Below are positions 12,101 to 22,600 of a DNA stretch of 64,000 nucleotides, one piece after another. The notes beneath the pieces were generated by a model. The model was given only the letters and a program-made list of their open reading frames with translations. It had not been told where the DNA came from and did no database searches. Source of the DNA: Macrostomum lignano (lineage: Eukaryota); contig NIVC01003963.1 in assembly GCA_002269645.1 (NCBI GenBank), forward strand, positions 1 to 64,000, read 5' to 3'. The number at the start of each line of letters is the position of its first letter. Within the stretch, counting starts at the first letter, position 1. The position numbers and the translations under genes were made by a program.

Positions 12101-15100
12101 AATCCCAAGCTTCACAATCCCCAAGCTTCACAATCCCCAAGCTTCACAATACCCAAGCTTCACAATACCCAAGCTTCACAATCCCCAAGCTTCACAATCC
12201 CCAAACTTCACAATCCCGATGCCTAACAATCCCAAGCTTCACAATCCCCAAGCTTCACAATACCCAAGCCTCACAATCCCCAAGCTTCACAATCCCCAAG
12301 CTTCACAATACCCAAGCTTCACAATACCCAAGCTTCACAATACCCAAGCCTCACAATCCCCAAGCTTCACAATCCCCAAGCCTCACAATCCCCAAGCTTC
12401 ACAATACCCAAGCTTCACAATACCCAAGCCTCACAATCCCCAAGCTTCACAATCCCCAAGCTTCACTATACCCAAGCTTCACAATACCCAAGCTTCACAA
12501 TCCCCAAGCTTCACAATCCCCAAACTTCACAATCCCGATGCCTAACAATCCCAAGCTTCACAATCCCCAAGCTTCACAATCCCCAAGCTTCACAATACCC
12601 AAGCTTCACAATCCCCAAGCTTCACAATCCCCAAGCTTCACAATCCCCAAACTTCACAATCCCGATGCCTAACAATCCCAAGCTTCACAATCCCCAAGCT
12701 TCACAATACCCAAGCCTCACAATCCCCAAGCTTCACAATCCCCAAGCTTCACAATCCCCAAGCTTCACAATACCCAAGCTTCACAATACCCAAGCCTCAC
12801 AATCCCCAAGCTTCACAATCCCCAAGCCTCACAATCCCCAAGCTTCACAATCCCCAAGCTTCACAATACCCAAGCCTCACAATCCCCAAACTTCACGTTT
12901 AACAGACTCCACAATCCCCGTTACATTACTTTAATGATGAGTTTATCATCAATATTAAACCCGCACCTGAAGTACATACATGTATCACCGGTTTGAAGAA
13001 ATGGCATGGACATCAAAAATGAAAATTTGCATTTCAGCTCCAAGAAGCGTTCATCATTTCTGGCAACAACGATTTGAAAAACTCAGAAATTGACATCGTT
13101 GGCTTCGGCAACTCCGGCGGCTCTGTGCAAGTTAACTACGTGCTGAAGATGCCCAGGAGCCCTACTCAAACTTCTCTTGAGTTCCTCAAGTTCTACATTG
13201 ACTTTGGAATTCGCATCTATCAATCATCTGGCAGTAGAAAGATAACAGTACAGGCCGATACAAAAGTGCAAGGTAATTTTCACAGGCCAATGCATTGCAG
13301 AATAGACAATGGACAGTGTATAAATTAATATGCAAACATTTTCAGACTACTCCGGGCTCTTTACACTGCCGCCCATCCAGTCAGCAACCGAGACTGGCAC
13401 TCCAGTACCCGAGACTGGTACTACGTCAACTGAGACTGGCACTCCTGCACCGGAGACTGGCACTCCAGTATCCGAGACTGGCACTCCAGTATCCGAGACT
13501 GGCACTCCAGTACCCGAGACTGGCACTCCAGTACCCGAGACTGGCACTCCAGTACCCGAGACTGGTACTACGTCAACTGAGACTGGCACTCCTGCACCGG
13601 AGACTGGCACTCCAGTATCCGAGACTGGCACTCCAGTACCCGAGACTGGCACTCCAGTACCCGAGACTGGCACTCCAGTACCCGAGACTGGCACTCCAGT
13701 ACCCGAGACTGGCACTTCAGAACCTGAAACTGGCTCTCCGACTTCTGAGACTGGCACTCCGGCATCCCAGACTGCCACCGATCTTACAGCAGAGACACAA
13801 GAACCGACTATGCCAGCTACAGCAATGACAAAGGTCGCAGGATCAACTCATGAAAGCAGTACACAGATGCCTGAGGCTACTGGATCAACACCTGAAGCGC
13901 CCACACCGATGCATGAGGCTACTGGTTCAACACCTGAAGCGCCCACACCGATGCATGAAGCTACTGGTTCAACACCTGAAGCGCCCACACCGATGCCTCA
14001 GGCCACTGGTTCAACACCTGAAGCGCCCACACCGATGTCTGAAGCTACTGGTTCAACACCTGAAGCACCCACACCGATGCATGAGGCTACTGGTTCAACA
14101 CCTGAAGCGCCCACACCGATGCATGAAGCTACTGGTTCAACACCTGAAGCGCCCACACCGATGCCTCAGGCCACTGGTTCAACACCTGAAGCGCCCACAC
14201 CGATGTCTGAAGCTACTGGTTCAACACCTGAAGCACCCACACCGATGCCTGAGGCTACTGGTTCAACACCTGAAGCACCCACACCGGTGACTGAGGCTAC
14301 TAGTTCAACACCTGAAGCGACCTCACCGATGCCTCAGGCTACTGGTTCAACACCTGAAGCGACCTCACCGATGCCTCAGGCTACTGAATCAATGCCTGAA
14401 GCGAGCACAATAAAGCCTGAAGTTACTTTATCGACGCGTGAAGCGACTGGATTGTCGCCGGACCCAACTGCAACGCCGTCAGTGCCTGAGGCTTCACCAA
14501 CGTCTCAAAAATCAAGAACATTAAGTGCTTCGATGACATCAGAGGCAGCGACATCAACTTCAATGATTAGTCAAAGAATGACGGAGTCAACAACAACAGC
14601 ACTCCAACCTGCCACGTCTACTACCAAGTCTGCTTCGGTGCCGACCACAACCGTAACGACTTCTGCTACAACTGCGCCGGCGTTTTGCCTGCCTTCCAGT
14701 TGCAGATTTGGCGGTCGCTGCGTCAACGGCTTTTGCAGATGCAGACCGTTCCGAGGGGGATGGCGCTGCGAAAAGAGTAAGCTCTAAGAATATATATACT
14801 GTGTATAGATATTTCTATTCGAAAACCTAACGAAGCTGATATGATACGAACTAACTTTAAATAGTAAACGCCCTAACCAAAAATAACACTTTGCCGTCGA
14901 TGGGCGAGACAAGTTAATGTTCAGAGTAGTCCTTGACAATGTACAGCCAAGCCTTCGTATACACAAACGGCTCCCTATACTGGGATGGTAAAGCTTTGCA
15001 TACCTTTGAGATTTAAACTGGCAGCGATAGTCTATGGTCAGCCATGTAGCAGCGATAGTCTAAGGCCAGCCCTGTGGCAGCAATAGTCTAAGGCCAGCCC

Positions 15101-17667
15101 TGTGGCAGCAATAGTCTAAGGTCAGCCCTGTGGCAGCAATAGTCTAAGGCCAGCCATGTGGCAGCGATAGTCTATGGCCAGCCCTGTAGCAGCGATAGTC
15201 TAAGGCCAGCCCTGTGGCAGCAATAGTCTAAGGCCAGCCCTGTGGCAGCAATAGTCTAAGGTCAGCCCTGTGGCAGCAATAGTCTAAGGCCAGCCATGTG
15301 GCAGCGATAGTCTATGGCCAGCCCTGTAGCAGCGATAGTCTAAGGCCAGCCCTGTGGCAGCAATAGTCTAAGGCCAGCCCTGTGGCAGCAATAGTCTAAG
15401 GCCAGCCCTGTGGCAGCAATAGTCTAAGGTCAGCCCTGTGGCAGCAATAGTCTAAGGCCAGCCATGTGGCAGCGATAGTCTATGGCCAGCCCTGTAGCAG
15501 CGATAGTCTAAGGCCAGCCCTGTGGCAGCAATAGTCTAAGGCCAGCCCTGTGGCAGCAATAGTCTAAGGTCAGCCCTGTGGCAGCAATAGTCTAAGGCCA
15601 GCCATGTGGCAGCGATAGTCTATGGCCAGCCCTGTAGCAGCGATAGTCTAAGGCCAGCCCTGTGGCAGCAATAGTCTAAGGCCAGCCCTGTGGCAGCGAT
15701 AGTCTATGGTCAGCCCTGCTGACCACGTCGGCGAGAACAGATTTCAATCTGTTTCCAGGCTTCATCAAAAGACGTAATCATGCATGTTTAGCTGATAATG
15801 GGCAGATGCTGTCTATGGTTTTTATCTGTGTGTATAGCTTTTAGCCGGTGCTTGAATCGAATGTAAAAAGAATTAACTGACGGTTTCTGTTGGTTACGGA
15901 ATGAGGGCTTAAGAGTGGCGAACAGGATTTCACCGAACCTTTTAATCATGACCAAAAAACCACCGCCGCATTCGCAGGGCGAACCAAGGTGAACTGTCGG
16001 AACCGAATGCCCAGAGAGATTTTTCGCGACATCTATCGCGACCTGCTGGCTGAAATCACCCTCCTTTTTTGGAGGATTGTTATGGAGTTTGTAAGTATTT
16101 TGTTCACGATTCGTGGGCTGGAACTTGGCTGGAGAATATTTCCAATAAGATACGTACTCGTACAATGATTGCCTGCCCTCCGCGCCTTTCATCAGCTGCT
16201 AAGCAGTTTCCGCATGTCGGCCAGCGCGTCATTCAGAGAGGCGGACTTCAATCTGCAGTTAAGAGGCTTCGACGAAGGCTCGGTTGTGGTTCGGTACACC
16301 CTGCAGTTTGACATGCCGGATTCTGGCCAGCCTCCGATGACGCTGGACGCGATTAAGTCAGCCATCGATTCGGGCATTGCAGCCTACAGCAGTACGAATA
16401 GCAGCAACCTCACTATGGAGGCCAATACCACAGTTACGGGTAAGCGTTCTATGATTCAGGCCTTAAATTGATAAGGCCACATCATACTCGTAATTTGGAG
16501 TTCGAGCACGGAGACCATGTTGATGAAGACACTTGCTGCTGTTGAAGACAATGAGAAAATCAGGGCTGCTGTAACACCATCTTAGGCTGCGTGTGATTTC
16601 TCTCACGAGTCCGCGATATGGACACACCATCTGCTTTCCTTATCACCTTGACAGGGTCATCAGCTGCAACTTTCTGCATTACTCTCACAAATCTATCAGA
16701 CTCCGTCACTTTGAAAACCCGCAGCTTACAACTACTGCGCCGACAGCACCACTCCAGCAGCCTGTTCTCAGTTTGCCAACTGCACCCTGGAGCCGAGCAT
16801 CAGCAGCTACAGCTGCTCCTGCTTCACCGGCTTCCGTGATGACGATAGCAGCGCGCCGGGCACAACCTGCACCGAGATGTGCACCAGCTCCACAGCCTAC
16901 TGTTCGGGCAATGGAATCTGTCGAACAAACAGGGACGCTCGCGTCAGCTGCGAGTGCTTCAGCGGCTACAGCGGAGACTCGTGCCAGACGACCGGGCTAA
17001 GTCCAACGTTACTAGCGATCGCTATTGTTGTGCCAATTCTGTTTGTTATTATCGTTGTGCTGATCGCGCTGATCGTGTGGATGCATCGTAGGCAGACTCG
17101 ATTCAAGAAAGCGATGCACCAACTGCAGACTGGGGGCGCAGGTGGCGGAGAGGACAGAGAAGACGGAGGAGGTCAAGGTCAAGAAGAGGATAACTGGTTG
17201 AGAAGTCCATTCGTTCAGCTGCCATGGGTGAGTGCGCGTGAAGTCTGCCAACTGACCTGGGCGATCGATATGGAGATGGCACTCTTTTCTTGAGACGTCC
17301 CATTTAAAGCTGCTACAAGCGTAATCTTTTTGAATCAAGCCTGCGAAACTCTGTAGCTTAGACTTGTAGGAAACGATCTGAACCATAGGTCTTGTTTAAA
17401 ATTCTTCAAAGTTTCGAAGTTGTTGTACAGAGACGCCGGGGTCCTTAGTGATGAACATTATTCTGCAGGTCACGTAAAGTAAGGACTTAAAGTAAGTCCA
17501 TCCAATCTCTTAACCAATAAATAAACTCATCTTTCTCCAAGGACAAAATGCCGAGAGCCAACCTATCAACGGAGCATCCGAAAGCGCGTCGTTTAGCCGA
17601 AGAAGACTCAGCCGCCGAGTCCGGCGGTGTAGAAGGCCAAGCCTACAGTCCTAGCCAGCTGTTCTGA
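9161..17667 (+). CDS. Transmembrane mucin-like protein 2, ~1563 aa (SP-PTS-SEA-PTS-EGF-SEA-EGF-EGF-TM-tail). Exons 9161..9221, 9296..9352, 9444..11365, 13038..13272, 13346..14776, 15978..16090, 16196..16439, 16725..17227, 17542..17667
   Basis: Signal peptide MLVPKFALLLALLLSLRPFG; GT..AG introns with consistent phases (exon sum 4692 nt); ETGTPAP and MPEATGSTPEAPTP repeats; SEA motifs GFGNSGGSVQV and GFDEGSVVV; EGF CLPSSCRFGGRC..CRC..GGWRC; TM LLAIAIVVPILFVIIVVLIALIVWM. Exon-by-exon similarity to gene 1. Last exon less certain (AAG acceptor). Confidence 0.87.
9520..11230 (+). repeat. Coding PTS repeats: 21-bp ETGTPAP, then 42-bp MPEATGSTPEAPTP
   Basis: Seen in DNA and in ORF 9695..11374. Confidence 0.95.
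11500..12920. repeat. Intronic minisatellite, 16-bp unit CCCCAAGCTTCACAAT
   Basis: Long degenerate array in intron 11366-13037. Confidence 0.95.
13388..14400 (+). repeat. Second coding PTS block: 21-bp ETGTPVP and 42-bp MPEATGSTPEAPTP
   Basis: In ORF 13330..14787. Confidence 0.95.
15020..15718. repeat. Intronic minisatellite, 28-bp unit GGCAGCAATAGTCTAAGGCCAGCCCTGT, with ~140-bp higher-order period
   Basis: Unit spacing of 28 bp measured; variant units recur every 5-6 copies. Confidence 0.93.
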
Positions 17668-18474
17668 CCTGCAGCTATAGACAAGCACCCCGACTGAGTC
17701 ATGGACAAAGCAAACAGTGAATATTATATTGATCATGTGTGCTCAACTAAAACTCCACCTAGCGCTATGCTACACACTTTCTGAAATATTTTTTCTCTGT
17801 TAAGTAATACCTTATCCCGCAAGTCTACCATAAATAAGTGAAATTGTCAAAACAGATGTCAATCAATCAATCAATTATAATTAAATTTGAGTTGAATCAA
17901 TCTATTCAACTTTTTCGAACAAAGAAACACCTTTAGACAGGATTATAAGTATCAGCACACAGCGAGGCTAATGTAGCACAGTATATTAACTGCATATATA
18001 GATATTTATATACGCTAGGGTGCCTATAGAGAAGAAATGAAACAGCACACAATAGGAAAGCCTTGCTATAAATTACATTAATAATTATCATTATAGCTAC
18101 GAGTATTTATTAAAAAGATGGCGGTTAACAATTTGGAGTTATTGAACTATCTCTCTCTCTCTCTTTTTCTATCTTCATCTGTGAGCGACAGAAACAGGGG
18201 ACAAAGTGTGAAACATCTGTACAAATTTAAATTAATTAATTATGGTTTTTTACAGCAGAGTTAGATAATAAGCAGCTAATGTAGCACTCGATTAGTCCAT
18301 ATGCTTACTAGGCATATATTAATTATAATAATAACTGATTATTGCATTTACAAAAGCAACTAGGCTGAATTCGCCAACTCGATTCGGGGTTCTGCTGCTG
18401 ATATTTACGTTGGGATAGCTAATTTATTGAGCGATTCATCATTCGTTCCATTGTTTTGCGAATGATTTTTGGGT

Positions 18475-18945
18475 GGCTGTCAGGGTTTGTCCGAGTTTTA
18501 TATGGGGTGGCTATCCGGGTTTGCCCGGGTTTTATGAAGTGGTTGTCCGGGTTTTATATGGGGTGGCTGTCCGGGTTTTATATGGGGTGGCTGTTTGGGT
18601 TTGTCCAAGTTTTATGAGGTGGCTGTCCGGGTTTTTAATGGGGTGGCCGTCCGGATTTTATATGGGGTAGCTGTCTAGGTTTGTCCAAGTTTTATGAGGT
18701 GGCCGTCGGGGTTTTATATGGGTTGGCTGTCCGGGTTTGTCCGGGTTTTATGAGGTGGCTGTTCGGGTTGGTCCGGTTTTATGAGGTGGCTGTCCGGGTT
18801 TTAACGGGTTTTATATGAGTTGACTGTCCAGGTTTGTCCAGGTTTATATGGGGTAGGTGTCCGGTTTTATCCGAGTTTAATACGGAGTGGGTGTCCGGAT
18901 TTGTCCGAGTTTAGTACGAGGCGACTGTCCGGGTTTGTCCGGATT
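18475..18945. repeat. Degenerate GT-rich minisatellite (gggtggctgtccgggtttgtccgagttttatat-like)
   Basis: Visible imperfect tandem copies. Confidence 0.75.
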
Positions 18946-19611
18946 TTAAAATTGTTTTATAATGTTTTACAATACAATGTCATTAAAACTAAAGGCAAGC
19001 AAAATGGTACAGGAAACAAAGACCAGAGCACACTTTAATCAATAGCAGAAGAAATCAATACAGCCGATAAATTACAAAAAGAGGGGATCGTGTTGATTCT
19101 GTACAAGGCGAGACAAACAATCTAAGGCCAAAATATTGGGGGGATGCAATTAGCTAATTATATAGATAGAGAGAAATCTCTTGTTCGTTCAGGATTAAAC
19201 GGGTTCGCCATGTATCATTTAATCAAGCATTGCTTAATGAAACTGATGAGTAACTGCCAGAGGACACAAGCAAATAATTAACAAGATAGAACAGCCGAGC
19301 TAAACTCGTGGAAGAAGGCAGATTAAGTTTGTTTTAAAAAAACTGAAACTACTAAATGAGGCAAATATGCAATTTAATAGAAAACATGCTCAACCGATAT
19401 GTATCGAAAAAGTACTTTGATTCCTAGCAGCCTCCATGCACTATTTACTCGGCTATTGTTTCTTCATCATCGCTCAATACAACAAATAAAAACCTTGTGC
19501 CGCGCTATACTACTTACAATGAAGCATATGAATAGGATATTGTACTAACTACTGCTATGAGTAGTGCAACTGAGTACTGCTATCAGTAGTGCAATAGACA
19601 GCCAACTATTG

Positions 19612-22600
19612 CTATTTGGGATAGCCAAGCTGGTGCTGATGAGGAAACATGAACTGCGAGCCTGTAGGAGGTGGCGGTGGCCTCTGGTGAGCCGCTGTGA
19701 GAGAGCGTTGAAGCTCAGCTAAAGCCTGCTGATGCTGTTGCTGCTGCTGGTGCTGATGCTGGGCGTACATGAACTGTTGCTGATGCTGGTGGCCGGGGAT
19801 GAAGCTGGCGCCGCTGGTTGACGGAAACAGACCGGCCGCGGCGGCGGCCGCCAGCACAGCCGGCGACACGGCGGAAGGTGGCGGCGGCGGGCGAGGTGGG
19901 TGCGGCGGCGGCTGCTGCTGAGGTGTACCGAGTCGTTGACGCTTAGTTGCCGAAGCTGATCGACTACTTGGATGCTGCTGATGATGATTGGGGAAGCTGG
20001 ACGAATTTGCTGAGCAGCTGGAGGCTGGTGAGTACAGGCCCGATGCCGGCTGCAGCGGCGGCGGCGGCGGCATTGACATGGCCGCAGCAGCCAGCGGATG
20101 AGGCGGCCAAACAGGCAGAGCAGCCGCTGAAGCCAAGGAATTCGTGGAATTCGTAGCCGAAGCTGACGACAGAGGCGGTGCCGGCAGGCCCCAGGAGACG
20201 AATGGATTTCTGCCAGCTGCTTGAGCAGCGGCTAACTGTTGCTGCTGTTGCTGCTGCTGCTGTTGACGCTGATGCAGAGCAGAAGAAGCCGCTGCAAGTT
20301 GAGCATCGGCAGAGAAGACAGACAGATGAGGCATTACTACCGAATCTACACGATTGCTGGCACTATTGTTGCTGCTAGCTGACTGCCTGCGGTGTTGCTG
20401 CTGCTGCTTCTGGTTCTGCTTTCGCTGTGTTGGCGGCTGCTGCTGCAGCGGAGGCGGCGGCTGCTGTTGCTGTGGCCTCTGCTTCCAGTTCTTAATGAAA
20501 TGCGCAATACGAACGTGCAAAGCGTTCCAACGACCGCGCTGGGGCGGCTGCTGTTGCTTGGGATGCTGCTGCTTAGACAGAGGCGGAGGCGGCGCCGAAT
20601 CGCCTCCGGCGGGCAGCCGACGCATGGACGATACGACGGCAGGGTGCATCAGCGAAGATGACGACGGCGGCGGCATCGGCGGAGGTTGCTGTAGCAGCAT
20701 CGCCGCCTGCGGCTGAGGAGGAGCTGAAGGAAATGCATAGGCGGTAGCAGCGGACATCGGTCTGGACGGCGGCTGTTTCGGCTTTAAAAACGACGCAATG
20801 AACGGATTGCTGTCGGGATCGCTGAACATTCTGTCCCGATTTGCTGGTGTAGCTGACGAAAGCGGCGGCAGAATCGGCGGCAACTGAGGCCTGGAGGATG
20901 AGGCGGCTGAATTAGATAAAATCCTTTGAGAAGCTGACGGCTGCTGATGAGGATGAGGAGGCTGCGGATGATGAGGCGGAGGCTGATGAGGTAAAGACGG
21001 CGGCTGCAGGTGCGAGTTCTGTGCCATGCCATTAGCAACGCCAGCTGACAGAAGCGGAGGTGGCGGCATAAATAGCGGGGGCGGCGGGGGCGGCTGCTGC
21101 GGCTGCCTGCGCTCCGTGGGACTGAAGCCGGGACTCAGCAACCGATGCTGATGCTGACTGGCTGATCCAGTCACAGCAGCAGCAGCAGTAGCAACAGAAT
21201 CTGCTTCAGCAATGCCAACGGACACTCTTAGCGGACCGTGCGGCGAAATCTGCGGCGGCGGCAACTGCGGCTGACAGGCAGCGGTGGCCGCCTGGTGCAT
21301 CAGCTGCAGGTGGGTCTTGGGCTTGTAGGCTGACTTGTTAGGCGACACAGGCAGACCCTGCTGCTGCTGCAGGGCTGGCGCTGGCAGACTGGGAGACTGG
21401 CCGCCAGGTGCCGAGGTGACAGGCGAGTCGCCAGGAGCTGCAGTCCCCGCCGGTGGCTCCTCAACAGCTCGCACCGTGTCACCGCTGGCGTTGGCTACGG
21501 AGCTGCGAGACGCGGGCTCGCCGTTGGCACCGACGCTGTCGTCATTGTTGTTGGTTGATGCAGCGGCCGTTGCTGCTTCTGCCGATGTTCCAGCGGAATT
21601 TGCGGACCGTTTCCTTGACAACCCGGACTGGCTCTGCTGCTGTTTGCGTTTCTTCTGCTTTTGCTCAAACTCACTCTCGGTGTCGGCTGCTGCTGCTGCT
21701 GCTGTTGCTGCAGCTTCTTTTCGTTTGGCCTCCTCCTCGTAGGCCTGTGAGTAATTGGGGCGGGGGGCAACGTTGCGCAAGTGCTTGGTATTTAATAGGC
21801 TTAGCAATTTGTTGCCTTAACAGGTAGGACTGGCTTTTAGGTAGTATGGCAGAATTTCGTTAAGCTTGGGATTTTATAGGCGAAAACTTGATTAACCCTT
21901 GAATTCTATAAGCGCAAACTTCATTAAGCTTAGAATTCTATAAGCGCAAACTTCATTAAGCTTAGAATTCTATAAGCGCAAACTTCATTAAGCTTAGAAT
22001 TCTATAAGCGCAAACTTCATTAAGCTTAGAATTCTATAAGCGCAAACTTCATTAAGCTTAGAATTCTATAAGCGCAAACTTCATTAAGCTTAGAATTCTA
22101 TAAGCGCAAACTTCATTAAGCTTAGAATTCTATAAGCGCAAACTTCATTAAGCTTAGAATTCTATAAGCAAAAACTTCATCATTAAGCTTAAAAATCTTT
22201 AAGCGCAAACTTTATTAAGCTCGTAAAACATTAATAAGCTTAATTTTTTTAAGTTTAATCTTTATTAAGCTCGAGAATTTGTAAGCTAAAACTTTAGTCA
22301 TCTTACAAGCTAATTTCATAAATAGAAGCCTGATAAACAGTTTTTTAGGTGAATAGTTTGTTTACACGGTTGGACTCGGGTAATTTATATGAAATGGAAA
22401 ATAGATCCTGTCGCGAGTAAATCTGTAACCAACCGCCTCACTGCAGCAAAATATAGAACATCTATAGATGGTCGAGAAAAAGTCTAGTTTATAGAATTCT
22501 AGGGATAATCGGTGACGAAAAATGTGCGTGAGACTCTCCTGACGGTTATTTTGCCATGGGAACAGGTGGGCAGAAATTATTAAGCCTCTGTTTTGAAAAA

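Noticed and set aside
9346-14290. Shadow ORFs over the mucin 2 repeats (HRCLRLLVQHLK.., GVGASGV..)
   Set aside because: Same repeat artefact.
6758-17667. Functional mucin-GOPC cluster by analogy with human MUC3-GOPC binding
   Set aside because: The mucin termini (QYF, QLF) are not class I PDZ ligands and the genes are 30 kb apart with unrelated genes between them.
19947-21827. Plus-strand ORFs antisense to the AUTS2-like exon
   Set aside because: Expected from GC-rich CAG/CCG low-complexity coding sequence.
21896-22190. 32-bp perfect repeats resembling a CRISPR array in unit size
   Set aside because: No unique spacers, no cas genes, eukaryotic intron context.
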